Source of the DNA: Macrostomum lignano
Lineage: Eukaryota
DNA: 64,000 nt
Reading direction: 5' to 3'
Assembly: GCA_002269645.1 (NCBI GenBank)
Contig: NIVC01001753.1
Location: 177,808 to 241,807, forward strand
A program made the translations under genes and the position numbers. This document shows, piece by piece, positions 36,384 to 50,100 of this stretch. Under the pieces are notes generated by a model. That model made no database searches. It saw only the letters and a list, made by a program, of their open reading frames with translations, and was not told where the DNA came from. Each line of letters starts with the position of its first letter. Within the stretch, counting starts at the first letter, position 1.

Positions 36384-38221
36384 GTCCAGGGACTGTGCGA
36401 ATGTATAGTTAGAATTTTTATGACATATCAAATCTGCTAAAAAAGATGCAATAATGCAATATGTGAACTATATCTCACGAAGAGATATGGGCTATGGCTT
36501 TGTATAAAACTGTGTACAAGTTCTAAAATTAACATTTTTCTATACTAAATCTTCCTTGTAAGAATATTCAAACAGTAGTATTGCAGAAATAGTTACGAAT
36601 ACATAAATAAAACAATACGAGAACAATCCAAATATATTAAATCTCTAATCCAAATATACTAAATCTCTAAGGTTTGTATGTCATAACGCTCTAGTTAATT
36701 ATTCTGACTATATAAATATAATATAGCTAACTACGGGTCTGCGTTGCACTGTAGCTTATATTTAACATAGTATATCAGAATAAAAAACATTGTAACTTAC
36801 ATGCTAGGAGTTTGCGCGGTTTTAATAAAAGTTAACGTAGAGCCCAGACCAGACTCACTGACCAAAACTATGGGCGCTCCAAAATACAACTGAAACGAAA
36901 AGCCTGATGCTGAGTGAGGCCCATCCAAGTCTGGGTTGGCTCTGTCCGTCTGACTGAATGACTGAATCAGCGGAATTTATAATGTTCAACCCCCCCACCC
37001 CACCCCTTCGTGCAGGCCGCGAGGGGTAAAGGAGAGAAAGGGAGGCAGGCAGCCAATGTACGGGCCAGCCATTCGACAAGAGGTAGAAAATCGAGGGAGT
37101 TGACAAACCCAGTTTTGGGGTGAGTGAGGAGAGAAGGCTAGCTGCGTGCACGGTCATACGAGAGACGAGAGAGAGATATCGATCGGTTCTGTTTTGTGGG
37201 TTCCCTAAATTCTGGGCAAGGGCCAGACCAGACAATTCATGACTCATGGCTAGGAGGAGGCAAGGGAGGAGAAAGAGAAGAGAAAGAAAAAAGAGGAGAG
37301 GAAGAAAGGAGAAATGAAGCTGAGAAGAGACAAGCCTTGAGCGGGCCGGATTGCTGTTGGGAAGATTTAAAGGAGCCGAAGCGAAGGTCCTGAGGGCCAG
37401 ATAGGGAGGAGAGGCTTCACGGAGCGCATCCGCATGTAGAGTTTGCCGATGCCGAGCCGGCCATAGTCTAGTCAGTTTGGCTATACAGTATACACCGCCA
37501 CACCGCCTCTACAGTCCTACACTATAGAGAAATGGAAGCGACACTTATTAAAAATGAGGAGGGAGGCGGACCAACATAGTCAAGACATAAGGACGGGGAA
37601 ACGGAGAACGAATTCCTTATTTATGCGGCGGCAGGAAAGTTCAAAGAAATGATATTTAGCATAATATAACTCCAGTCTCCAACCTGGAAAAGTTGTGATG
37701 TAGAAATTTGAAAACTTTTTTGTTACTACTTAATTTTTTGAAGTTGGCTTTTTAATGACACCAATCAGTTTTCAGATTTGCTGGAAAATAAAGTTTTTTG
37801 CATCAAAACTAACAAATTTGTAAGATCGATTGAAAAGACACAACAGTTGCTAGCGCCCCAGTGATCTAGCTCCACATTCGCTTTAGAAGTTAGAACCCGT
37901 TGAGCTGGCACTCCTTGATCTAGCGCCACAATTGTCCCTGGAGCCGTTGATATAGCTCCACAGCTGCTACAGCGCTTCTTAATCTTGGCCAAGTTCCTAG
38001 CGTCCAATCAAATAAGTTTTCTCTGATTGAATGATGCCCCAATGAAAGTAAAACTCAGCAAAGTTGAAAAGTCGCCACTCCATGCGCCACTGAGCAATTT
38101 CTCTTGGACTATTCTGAAATAAAAGATACGATAAAACTGATTGGGGTAGCTTTAACCCGTCCAACCCTCGCACACCGCTCCACCCCCCCCCCCACTTCAT
38201 TCCTCAACTCAAGTCTGCCGC

Positions 38222-38896
38222 TTGGGGTGTCTCAAAAGTTCCCGGAAGTTTTGCTCTAGCTCCTCACTACCTTGACCTTGACATTGACTTTTCCCCCTGT
38301 GTGGGCGGCGAGTGTGGCTGCTGGTCATTCAAAGTGGACTGGCCATCCTTGAACCGTTGGATTTATCTGTAAATAGCTGTTTTCTTAATGCTGTTCACAC
38401 CATGGGTTGAGAAAAAATGATTTGCAGTTTTAGCTCCTGCACTCCATCCTGCAGACCACAGGGCGAAAACTTGACTCCGCTTACTCCCAAGGCTATGGAG
38501 AGAACTCGTCTTTAAATCTTTAGCCAAAAGCAACAATTTAGAATGGAATAAGCAAGCGCTGGCACCACTAGATCTGATCAGCAATTTTACCAGTTTTATC
38601 CTTATCCGTTTCCACATCTTTCTGACGAATTCAAAGTAAACTTTTGCAACAAAAATTGATTATTGGAAAAGGACACCACAGACATTCGAGGTTGTGTAAC
38701 ACTAGTACTGACCTTCCTTCACATTTCCTGCAACTCTGTGTAACTCTTAACGGAAACCAGATAAAAAGAAAATTCAAACTTGATGTTTTTCGCTGCAAAA
38801 TTATCTTAAATTTGACACGTAAAACATAAATTTGGTCCATGGTACTGAGGAGCTAGCTATAAAGCAAAAGTTCCAGGAACTTTTCGGACACCCCTC
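38222..38896 (-). mobile_element. Deleted mariner-type element inserted in the left arm of the long-TIR element
   Basis: TIRs GGGGTGTCTCAAAAGTTCC / GGAACTTTTCGGACACCCC. Minus-strand remnant AIYR*IQRFKDGQSTLND resembles the mariner N-terminal HTH. Confidence 0.75.
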
Positions 38897-39496
38897 TTAA
38901 GTTGCGTCACTCGCAAAGATTGAGAGACTTTTCCTGTCGCCGTCACAAAAAGCTGGGGCGACCACAGACGAAATCTTCTGTCATGGCGACTTTTCGATGT
39001 TGCTGAGTGTACATGCACTCATGGCTACGCCCCCGCCCCAGAAAAAGAACTGACGTACTAACTAATATTTGACTACGCCAAATAGACAAAACTCATATTT
39101 ATAAGTTTCATAAGTTTGAAAATTGATCAGTGCAAAATTGGTACGTACGTAGCGTGAAGTAGCCTTTTTGATACAGCCGTTTATAAAAGTAAACCGCTGC
39201 AGATTGTAGGCCCATTTACATGCATGGAGCATGTTGTGTGGCTGCTCACTGCTTTCAACACGCTGTAGCACTGCGAACTGCGATATATTCAACAACTGAA
39301 TTTCAGATGTAGCTGATCACATGACTACCGTTAGTAGAGATGTTAGAGTTCATTATATTTTTATGAAAAAATACGCCATTTCAATTCAGAGTTTATTTTC
39401 TGCATGGAAAAGACAAATCAACAATTCTGTTCATCATAAAAGCTGTTATAATGCATTGTACTGAATTTAATTATTACAACAGTTGGGACAGGTTAA

Positions 39497-39815
39497 TTAA
39501 TCAACGCCTGTACTACCAAACCGCCAAGCGTGTCTTTCGCGAAAGTAGTTGTTGCTCGGTCTCGACCTCTTCCTCCACAATCGCTCTATATAGAGATCCC
39601 TTACAACTACAGGAGCAATCATTACACGCTTAAAAACTAATTGGGCAATACGGTGGCTCCGAGAAATGAACCAGTCCGAATTGTCATGATTAAATATCAC
39701 CACAGTTAATTCCCCAGTATAGTCAGGGTCGATCACGCCAGCGCCCACTTGTATAGACTTGCGCAACACCAGGCCCGACCTGCTGGCAATCCGAGCGTAG
39801 TTCCCATTCCCAGTC
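39497..39815 (-). pseudogene. 5'-truncated trimeric dUTPase (motifs 2-5)
   Basis: YARIASRSGL (motif 2), GAGVIDPDYTGE (motif 3), RIAQLV (motif 4), RHAWRFGSTG (degenerate motif 5). Motif 1 is absent. Confidence 0.88.
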
Positions 39816-39819
39816 GAAC

Positions 39820-40510
39820 AGGTCACACAGGCCGTCCGCCGTCACCCCAGCAGCTCGAGTGTCGCAATACAGCGCCATGACAGCGTCGAATAGCTGCTGG
39901 GGTACCCGGTAGGCTCGAAGGACAAAGAGAAGCGCGGCTCTCAACACCGAGTCAAACGCCTTTCGAAAGTCAACGAAGACAATGATCAGCGTAGACTGGC
40001 GGATGCGCGCCTACTCGATGACACGGCGGAGTGCAAGGATCTGTGTCACTGTGCCGCTTTGCGGCCGGAATCCGTTCTGCTCGTAGCGCAGGTACGGGTC
40101 CAGCACCGACTGCAGACGATCGAGCAGCAGCCGGTTGACGAGCTTCGCGGTGCAGGACATCAGCGAGATCCCGCGGTGGTCTTCTTTCCGCGTTGTCCCT
40201 GCCTTCTTCGGGATCGGCATAATGTGCACGACGGTCCACTCGGTGGGCGCGGGGGCGCCGGCGAGCACGCGGTTCATGACGCCTGTGACCTGGGAGGCCA
40301 CACAGCGGAGCCGCAGTGCTTCGTCCGAACTTCGTCGGGGCCGAGCGCCTTGGTGCTTTTTCGAGCGAACAGCACAACACCCTCCGTGGTGACTGGGCTG
40401 GTGCAGAAGCCTCCTCAGTTGGGAGCGGCGTGTCCAGAGGGAGCGCAAAATTGGCAGGCAGCGGCGACGCGGGCGCGTTCACGATGCCGGCGAAGAAGTC
40501 GCGCAATTCA
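39820..40510 (-). pseudogene. Non-LTR retrotransposon RT fragment (RTE-like), frameshifted and 3'-truncated
   Basis: IMPIPKK...DHRGISLMSCTAKLVNRLLLDRL...EQNGFRP...QILALRRVIE, then IVFVDFRKAFDSV and ALYCDT across frameshifts. It stops before YADD. Confidence 0.88.
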
Positions 40511-40994
40511 TTCCTGCGTTCTCCGGGGTGTCGCCGGCCAATTCAGCGCCACGCGCTTTTTGCGCCCCATCAGGGACCCAAAAGTATACTAAGCAAAATA
40601 GAAAAGTCGCCATCCAAGGACCATCCTTGTCGCCATCACAGAAGATTCCATCTGTGGTCTTCACTTTTGAAGAGTGCAGGTAAAGTCTCTCAATCTTTGC
40701 GAGTGACGCAACTTAACTACGCCGCGGCAGACTTGAGTTGAGGAATGAAGTGGAGGGAGCAGTGTGCGCGGGTTGGACGGATTAAAGCTACCCGATCAGT
40801 TTTCTCGTATCTCTTATTTCAGGACCCTCTATAGATTTTTTAGTTTTTTACCATAATATTAAACCAGTCTACTTTATCTCATGTCTTGATACCTGTAAGA
40901 TTAATATAACTGAATATATATTTCTTCCTAGGGATTGACTATCATATCCATTTGTCAGTAGCTGGGCATGAAATTTCCATAGATGCTCCATAGT

Positions 40995-41398
40995 AGGATT
41001 TGGGTAGGGTTGTGTAGGATTGAAGTAGAGTTGGGTTAGGTATGGTGTAGGATTAAGATAGGGTTGGTGTAGGATTGGGGTAGGGTTGGTGTAGGATTGG
41101 GGTAGGGTTGGTGTAGGATTAAGATAGGGTTGGTGTAGGATTGGGGTAGGGTTGGTGTAGGATTGGGGTAGGGTTGAGGTAGGATTGGGGTAGGGTTGGT
41201 GTAGGATTGGGGTAGGGTTGAGGTAGGATTGGGGTAGGGGGTGTAAGGATTGGGGTAGGATTGGGGTAGGATTGGGGTAGGTTGGTGTAGGATTGGGGTA
41301 GGGGGTGTAGGATTGGGGTAGGATTGGTGTGGGATTGGGGTAGGGTTGGGGTAGGTTGGGGTAGGTTGGGGTAGGGTTGGAATTGGATTGGGGTAGAC
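40995..41398. repeat. G-rich degenerate repeat (GGATTGGGGTAGGGTTGGTGTA)n, G-quadruplex-prone
   Basis: Many GGG/GGGG runs separated by short spacers. Confidence 0.9.
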
Positions 41399-41844
41399 TT
41401 GACGATTTGTTTTGTCGCTTGCGCCCAAGTGCATGCTTGTCTAGTAAGACCTTATTTAGCAGCTTTGGCTGGAGCTCCGTTGATGAATAATTTTTTTAAT
41501 TTGCAAACCGTTCCCCATCGCAGTAGCACTGCGCCAGAATCCTACTGAGCAAATACTGGCCTTATTGGCATTTTGCTCAGTAGATTTATTCTCCCACTCT
41601 CCCGTCTGGAAGCTGGGTCAATTAAAGCTTTGGGCCTGTGCATTTATCCCCCGACTACTCATTTTTCTTGAGCAAAACTGTAAAGTGCAAGGTTTGAAAA
41701 TAGGAGCAGGGCTTGCATATTATTAAGCACTGGATCAGCCTGCGGCATCTGCTATTTATCTGGCTTTCGCTGCTCCGCAAGTCGCAATGCTGTACGTTCA
41801 ACTTCGACTGAAGATTTCACAGAATGGACTGGATGCAGCTTCAT

Positions 41845-42805
41845 CGGGGAATCTGACTGACTATTCTGAAGATTCAGCAGGGAATTTCCTGAAGATTCAG
41901 CAGGGAATTCTGAAGATTCAGCAGGGAATTTCCTGAAGATTCAGCGGGAATCCAACTGAAGACTCAGCGGGTAATCCAACTGAAGATTCAGTGGGGAATC
42001 CAACTGAAGATTCAGTGGGGAATCCAACTGAAGATTCAGTGGGGAATCCAACTGAAGATTCAGCAGAGAATCCAATTGAAAATTCAGCAGGGAATCCAAT
42101 TGAAGATTCAGCAGGGAATCCAATTGAAGATTCAGAAGGGAATCCAATTGAAGATTCAGCAGGGAATCCAATTGAAGATTCAGCAGGGAATCCAATTGAA
42201 GATTCAGCAGAGAATCCAATTGAATATTCAGCAGGGAATCCAATTGAAGATTCAGCAGGGAATCCAACTGAAGATTCAGCAGAGAATCCAACTGAAGATT
42301 CAGCAGGGAATCCAATTGAAGATTCAGCAGGGAATCCAATTGAATATTCAGCAGGGAATCCAATTGAAGATTCAGCAGAGAATCCAACTGAAGATTCAGC
42401 AGGGAATCCAATTGAAGATTCAGCAGGGAATCCAATTGAAGATTCAGCAGAGAATCCAACTGAAGATTCAGCAGGGAATCCAATTGAAGATTCAGCAGGG
42501 AATCCAATTGAAGATTCAGCAGAGAATCCAACTGAAGATTCAGCAGGGAATCCAATTGAAGATTCAGCAGGGAATCCAATTGAAGATTCAGCAGAGAATC
42601 CAACTGAAGATTCAGCAGAGAATCCAACTGAAGATTCAGCAGGGAATCCAATTGAAGATTCAGCAGGGAATCCAATTGAAGATTCAGCAGGGAATCCAAT
42701 TGAAGATTCAGCAGGGAATCCAACTGAAGATTCAACGGGAATCCAACTGAAGATTCAGCGGGAATCCAACTGAAGATTCAGCGGGAATCCAACTGAAGAT
42801 TCAAC
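41845..42805. repeat. 24-bp minisatellite (GAAGATTCAGCAGGGAATCCAATT)n
   Basis: More than 30 copies; explains the repetitive ORFs 41941-42773. Confidence 0.97.
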
Positions 42806-43659
42806 CAGAGAAATGAACTGGAAAGCGCAGGAAGACAAACAGTTTTAAAGGGAGCTCTAAAAGCAGAAATGAGAGACGGGATAGAATTGAATATACACTG
42901 TAGCTAGAGGAGCAACCTGTACTCAAATACAAAATCCCCAATTCCCAACTTAAAATTCTCCAATCCCATTCAGTCCAGCCTCCGTGCCGCATCAATGTGC
43001 AAGGTCTGTGCAAAATTAACTGCATGCCCTCTCTGTCGTGCTTACAGAAACAAAATCGATCCCATCTCACAGCTCCGTGGCTGCCCACTCCCTGGCGTCG
43101 TGTGTCTTTTCGCCCTACCCCATTCTCTCGCCCTCGTTTGAATAATTTATATTTCACATCCAAAGCCCCGTCTATCCCAGAATCATCCTGAGCATACTGC
43201 CAAGCCTTTTCTCCAATCACCTTCGCCTTCTACTTGCGTTCTCTTCTCTCTCTCTCATTTCTCATTTCTTCTCCCCTGCGTAGCTGTCCGCAGTTGCCAC
43301 CGTGGCGCAGCCGGACTTGAGAGCAATTAATTCTTTAGCTCAACTCGTTTAGCACTGAGCCGTGTTGGCGCATGCGGAGAGACCCATCGATTAGGTGTAC
43401 CTTCCCTCCCCCTGCTTCCCAGTGTTGCTATATCTATTTATATTCTTGCACCTTTGCGTCGGGTGCCGGTTTTCTAATGAGAAGTTCTCCGTTTCTATAG
43501 TTAGTAACTGTGCTGTTTTTAATTCGAGTCATTAACTGGTATGAGACACGTGTATGTGTTATAAATTGCGCTTATATTTATCCAATAAAATGTACCAGTA
43601 TATTTGACCAATGAAAACTGGAAGAATCTGATTAAATGACTAAGAATAATCGAGGTAGA

Positions 43660-43667
43660 GAGAGACC

Positions 43668-43739
<72 letters not shown>

Positions 43740-43761
43740 GGAGAGAGAGAGGGGAGGGAGG

Positions 43762-43845
<84 letters not shown>

Positions 43846-43858
43846 GGGAGGGAGGGAG

Positions 43859-43892
<34 letters not shown>

Positions 43893-43917
43893 AATAGAGA
43901 GAGAGAGAGGGGGGAGG

Positions 43918-44005
<88 letters not shown>

Positions 44006-44081
44006 AGGGAGGGAGAGAGAGAGAGAGAGAGAAATAGAGAGAGAGAGAGAGAAATAGAGAGAGAGAGGGGGGGGAGGGAGG

Positions 44082-44120
<39 letters not shown>

Positions 44121-44126
44121 GGGGGG

Positions 44127-44164
<38 letters not shown>

Positions 44165-44169
44165 GGGGG

Positions 44170-44265
<96 letters not shown>

Positions 44266-44293
44266 TAGAGAGAGAGAGAGAGAGAGAGGGAGG

Positions 44294-44356
<63 letters not shown>

Positions 44357-44385
44357 GGAGGGAGGGAGGGAGGGAGGGAGGGGGT
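43660..44385. repeat. (GA)n-rich microsatellite
   Basis: About 720 bp made almost only of G and A. Confidence 0.98.
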
Positions 44386-44464
44386 TAAGGGGAGACAAAG
44401 AATTGAGAGGGGAGTGGTAGAGAAGGAAAAAGAGAGGAGGGAGATAGAAAGAGAGGGTCAGATG

Positions 44465-44900
44465 ATGGGAAGAAAGAGACGGAGATGGAAATGAAGAGAC
44501 GGAGATGGAAATGAAGAGACGGAGATGGAAAGGAGGAGACGGAGATGGAAAGGAGGAGGAGACGGAGATGGAAATGAAGAGACGGAGATGGAAATGAAGA
44601 GACGGAGATGGAAATGAAGAGACGGAGATGGAAAGGAGGAGACGGAGATGGAAAGGAGGAGGAGACGGAGATGGAAATGAAGAGACGGAGATGGAAATGA
44701 AGAGACGGAGATGGAAAGGAAGAGACGGAGATGGAAAGGAGGAGACGGAGATGGAAAGGAAGAGACGGAGATGGAAAGGAGGAGGAGACGGAGAGGGAAA
44801 AAAAGAGACGGAGATGGAAATGAAGAGACGGAGATGGAAATGAAAAGACGGAGATGGAATGGAAGAGACGGAGAGGGAAGGGGAGAGACGGAGATGCAAA
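44465..44900. repeat. 20/23-bp purine minisatellite (GAGACGGAGATGGAAATGAA)n
   Basis: Period 20 with GAG-expanded variants. Confidence 0.93.
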
Positions 44901-46599
44901 AGAAGAGGGAGATAGAAGAGAAAGATGAGAGGTTATTGGAGAGATTGAGTTCAGATTAGACAAGCTCTACTGAAAAGGTGACGGTAAGGAAGAGAGATGG
45001 CTGGATACAGAAAAAAAGCAAAACGCGATGTATTAAACGGATAAAAAATATCCGAATCAGTTGGAAATTTGAGAGCATGATGAAAGCAGGCAGCAGATGC
45101 TGCTGCAGGCAGGTGCTCAGTGGAACAGACGTGCGGGGGCACAGCTAGCAGGCTACATGAAAAGACACTGTCTGAACTAATGCTGCTTGCTGACAGGCAA
45201 GCTTCATCAATACGGAATTCGACTCAGGAATTGTTGAGGCCGAAAATTACAGCATTGAGCATAATTATAAGTGTGCTTGCATTAGGCTACTCAAATCTGA
45301 GCGAGAAAAAGATGCAAGCAAAGTGTACCAAAAAAGAATTAGCTTTCAAGAAGCCAAAATGCTAACAACGACTGAAGCTTTGAGAAGACTTTTGCACGGC
45401 GGTTGCTGGGGGGGGGGTGGCTCAACCTGTAGCATGAGGAGCCGTTTGGAAGCCATGTCCCTCTCTCCAACCATTGGTCCCATGCAGGGTCTCCCCAGCG
45501 AGATGGGACAGGAAAATGAGGATGGGAAAAAGCAGTCAATCGTTTCACCGCCCCAGTTTACGGCCGTGGAGAGCTAGACCTAAAAAGAGTCTGGATGAAG
45601 GAGGCTGACTTTGTGACAGAGCTTCTTATAGTCATATCTGAAACCAGTAGCTGGTATTGACAGTCGGGTTGAAACTCTGCCAAAGTAAGGGGAAACGAGC
45701 TTGCCAAATTTCTTCTTGTGTTTGCATAATTAACTCAACTCATTCATCCCAACAGCATGGAAACTGCCAGCTCACTTCCAGACGCTATATCATTTGAGCA
45801 CTCCGTGAGCTCCGTGGCCCTCTCCATATTTGAGGAGGCTGGGCCCCATCTGTCCCCCCTCCCGCCCACATTCTCTCCCATTTTTGGCAGCTTACCTTAA
45901 AACTATCCTATCTTAAGAGTTCTGCAGCTCCCCTCCCGCTGTCTCCGAGAAAGTCACCCCAAGACTTTTCTCCAGGACTTGTTGCCGGGCGAGGTCGGTC
46001 CCAGCCTCTCGCTCTTCTTCATCGCGCTGGTAAGGTAATTCGATTTCGTCTGCCACCCCATGGCAAAGTGCTCCGGCTTATATGGAATTGAAGGCCTCAC
46101 GTTAGCGCTGGGGCTCCATGATTGGAAAGTTTTCTGCACTAGTTGCCAAGTGCCTCTCTTCCCCACTCCCAGCTCTAAGTCAGCAGCCCATTTCTTCTCG
46201 CCCCATCTGAGAACAGTGAGCAAGGCCACCCGGCAGGCCGACTCTCCGCCTGAGACTTCGGCTGGAAAAGCAGCGACTTCGGGAGTGGGCGGGCTTGGAG
46301 GTGGGGGCAGGGGCTGAGGGTGGGGGGCTCGGACGGGGGATTTAATCAGAAGCTTCGGCAAACCACTAACTTCCCTCCCTCCCTCCCTCCCTTGTCGCTC
46401 TTCGCTTGGTTCCGTTCCTCATACAGATTGGCGACCCATCGCAATATTTCCCCACCGTCGCCAAACCCAGCGACTAATTTTCCATTTCGTATTCATTGGA
46501 GGTGAGGTATTTGCATTTTTAATAAGCGATTCAAGTTTTTTGTGGCGGCTTCTTTCTTACATTTGGATTTGTTTGCGGCCTCTCACAACGGTTCAGATT

Positions 46600-47150
46600 C
46601 GTCTATGGCCTGTGACACAGGCTCATGCTGGTCTGTTTGGCATCGTGTGTAGTTTATGGCATCTCAAATAGACTCAGATTAGTCTATGGCATCTCAAATA
46701 GACTCAGATTAGTCTATGGCATCTCAAATAGACTCAGATTAGTCTATGGCATCTCAAATAGACTCAGATTAGTCTATGGCATCTCAAATAGACTCAGATT
46801 AGTCTATGGCATCTCAAACAGATTCAGATTAGTCTATGGCATCTCAAACAGACTCAGATTAGTCTGTGGCATCTCAAACAAGCTCATAGTAGTCTATGGC
46901 ATCTCACACAAACTCAGATTAGTCAATGGCATCTCAGGCAGACTCAGATTAGTCTATGGCATCTCACACAAACTCACAGTAGTTTATGGCATTTCACACA
47001 AACTCACAGTAGTCTATGGCATCTCACACAGACTGAGATTAGTCTTTGGCCTCACAATATGGTAGATTTAGATTCGCCTATGTTTTCTTGCCCTCACAAA
47101 GACAAATTAGTCAGTGGCTTGTCACACAAAGACTACTATCTAAATCGTAC
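46600..47150. repeat. 30-bp minisatellite (GACTCAGATTAGTCTATGGCATCTCAAATA)n directly upstream of the transporter ATG
   Basis: Period 30, degenerating towards 47150. Confidence 0.93.
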
Positions 47151-47193
47151 TGTGAAAAATCTCTTCAATCCAGGCACAGCCTACACTACCGTC

Positions 47194-50100
47194 ATGGACT
47201 TCTCAAACATCAACGTCCCCGGCCTAATCTCGGTCATCATATTCTATCTGCTAATCCTGGTCGTTGGCATCTGGGCCGGCCGGAAGTCCAAGGGCCGCGG
47301 CGACAGCGAGGATGTGATGGTGGCTGGCAGGAACATCGGCCTGGTGGTCGGCATATTCACCATGACTGGTAAGACGCTGGGCTCGAAGACTGACGCTGTC
47401 ACAGAGGTACCGTCTATGGTCCAAACTCTGGTCGTTGGCATCTATAGGCCTTCTCCCGTCTCTCCCTTCTTCCATTATTCCCTCTCTCCCTTCTTCCATT
47501 CTCCCCTCTCTCCCTTCTTCCATTCTCCCCTCTCTCCCTTCTTCCATTCTCCCGTCTCTCCCTTCTTCCCTTCTCCCGTCTCTCCCTTCTTCCATTATTC
47601 CCTCTCTCCCTTCTTCCATTCTCCCCTCTCTGCCTTCTTCCATTATCCCGTCTCTGCCTTCTTCCATTATCCCGTCTCTGCCTTCTTCCATTATCCCGTC
47701 TCTGCCTTCTTCCATTATCCCGTCTCTGCCTTCTTCCATTATCCCGTCTCTGCCTTCTTCCATTATCCTGTCTCTGCCTTCTTCCATTATCCTGTCTCTG
47801 CCTTCTTCCATTATCCTGTCTCTGCCTTCTTCCCTTATCCCGTCTCTCCCTTCTTCCCTTCTCCCCTCTCTCCCTTCTTCCATTCTCCCCTCTCTCCCTT
47901 CTTCCATTCTCCCGTCTCTCCCTTCTTCCATTCTCCCGTCTCTGCCTTCTTCCATTCTCCCGTCTCTGCCTTCACCCCCTGCTTCCTGCAGTGAAATTTG
48001 CAAGATATAGAAGATTCTAGCGTCTTCTAAACGTGCTCGCGTAGTCCACTCCGCAGACGTGCTCAGAATAAAACTTTCTTTTTTACCCGCCATTTGCTTA
48101 TTTTTCTATGCCTCGCTAACGAGCAGGCAGTCAGGCAGTCAGCAGCTGGCTCGGCGGGTCAAGTCTCCTGCGAATTTTTATCTAGCCAAACAAAATCAAT
48201 CCCCGAGCATGAGGCAGAGAGATAATCCCAGCTCCTGGGGCTGCACGCTCCGCTGGGTCCCTAGCTACGGTCAGCTCGCTAATTGGGGGGGGGGGCGATA
48301 GTATTATTGCTAAGCTATGAATTTGTGACAGTTTTACAATTTATAAGACCGCTTTGAGCCACCCTAATTGCAACTGTTACCCTCCTGTATGCTAATGCAT
48401 TCGAGCTGATTCTCTCAAGCTATTCTCCTTTTTATTACCTACCGCCTTCTTGCTTTTGATTTGCCTCTTTTACTTTCTTCTAATCCCACTCGTCTTCATT
48501 AGATAATTTTCTATTCAAACTGCCTCTCCCGCCTCCTCTCTCGCGTCTCCACCTCTCCCGTCTCTCCCTCTCCCTGTCCCGCCCCCTCTCCCGTCTCCCC
48601 CTTTTCCGTCTCTCCCCTCTCCCGTCTCTCCCTCTCCCTGTCCCGCCCCCTCTCCCGTCTCCCCCTTTTCCGTCTCTCCCCTCTCCCGTCTCTCCCTCTC
48701 CCTGTCCCGCCTCCTCTCCTGTCTCCCCCTCTCCCGTCTCTCCCCTCTCCCGTCTCTCCCTTTCCCTGCCTCCTCTCCCGTCTCCCCTCTCCCATCTCTC
48801 CCTCTCCCTTCTACTTCTCCCTTCCTTCCCTCTCTCCCTTCCCTCCCTCCTCCCTTCTCCTCTCCTCTCATTCTTTCTTTACTCTCCAACGAAGTGTACA
48901 CTGTGCAGTAGACTGTTTCACGAGTAAATTTGTTCATTTGCTGTGACATTGTCATACGATAATATCGCTATAGAAACTGTCGATGCACTCAGACGCCCGG
49001 CAGTAGTTAACAGCACACCGAGGTGAAATTCGAGAGATAGAGAGCAAATACACAATCTAACTACTGATGGTCGATCAAATGCACTGATGAAGAGAGACAG
49101 CTTCCACCATAGCGAGCTGCCTGCATCGCTTCAATCTCAAACCAGTTCTCACATTTCGGCCTGTCAGTCAGAGCTCCCCCCCTACCCCAACCACAACTGG
49201 CCGACACGCGAGCAGAGAGGCTCTGTAAGATTTCTCAGATCGAGTAAGGGTGGGAAAAAGCAGAAGAAAAATGCATAAGAGGGTTCGGATTCGCAGGTAT
49301 CGAACACTAAGCCTAATACCTGCCGACTCTGTAATCATCAAAGGGCCGCTCGCCCCGCCCAGACCAGGGATCTGAAGAGCGAGAGAACATGGAGAGGAGA
49401 GAGTTTGTTACATTCACCAGGAAAGAGGGAGACAAGAAGGCACGCAGACCTCGGGAAGTTTCTCCCCCCCCCCGAGAGTCTTGGGTCGGATGGGCACAAG
49501 CGGAACACGGGCAATTTGCATTGGGGGGGGGGGCTCCGAGAGCATTGATTAAGCGATTCTCCCTCCTCCAGTCTCTCCTCAGCTTCTAGGCGGACCGCAT
49601 CAATCACCCTGGGGGGGGGGGGGGTTGCAGCCAGCCGCTTGTGTGTGTATTCGGGGCAAAGTTGATCAAGAGATAGGAAGAGAGTGGGGGATTTCTCCAG
49701 ATGAAGCGTGTAGCTAGGGGAAAAAGCGAGTCCTGCTCAGGTTGAGTAGGCACTCACTTCCATGGGAACATCACATCGAAGGAATTGGTAGATGCTGGGG
49801 GTGCACTTCTCGCACTTCATCGAGATTAATGGAATGCTGCATAAGGTGGAGGGTATTGGTCCTTGGATCTGGCGGCTCGAGAAGTTCAGTGGGATCATTA
49901 TTTCTGTCCAGGTGTTTGCTGGAGCTGTCGACATCCCGTGTAATTATCGGAATTTTTATTTGATGCGCAAGTTTTGTTTTAAACTCACGAAATCCCCCCG
50001 TAACCTCCTGTTAAACTCAATGAAGTTTCGCGACTGTCAAAACATTTTGGCTCCTATTGATGCTAATAAAGCAAGTCTTTCGGATGGGAATTTAACAGAC

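Larger units (their letters stand above)
38112..40823. mobile_element. DNA-transposon-like element with ~230-bp inverted arms carrying captured dUTPase and RT fragments
   Basis: 38112-38221 plus 38897-39010 match the reverse complement of ~40586-40823 (CTGAAATAA.AGATACGA..AACTGAT..GGTAGCTTTAA.CCGTCCAACCC; TTAAGTTGCGTCACTCGCAAAGATTGAGAGAC). The exact ends and TSD were not resolved. Confidence 0.7.

Noticed and set aside
41941-42773. Long ORFs (NLQLDSLL / AGNPIEDS / IQLKIQQG repeats)
   Set aside because: Open in several frames only because of the 24-bp minisatellite; there is no unique coding sequence.
43636-44963. RE-rich / SL-rich ORFs
   Set aside because: Artefacts of the (GA)n and 20-bp purine repeats.
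45100-46360. Possible decayed piggyBac or LINE ORF1 remnants
   Set aside because: Only vague resemblance (e.g. KLHQYGIRL); no diagnostic motif or terminus could be confirmed.
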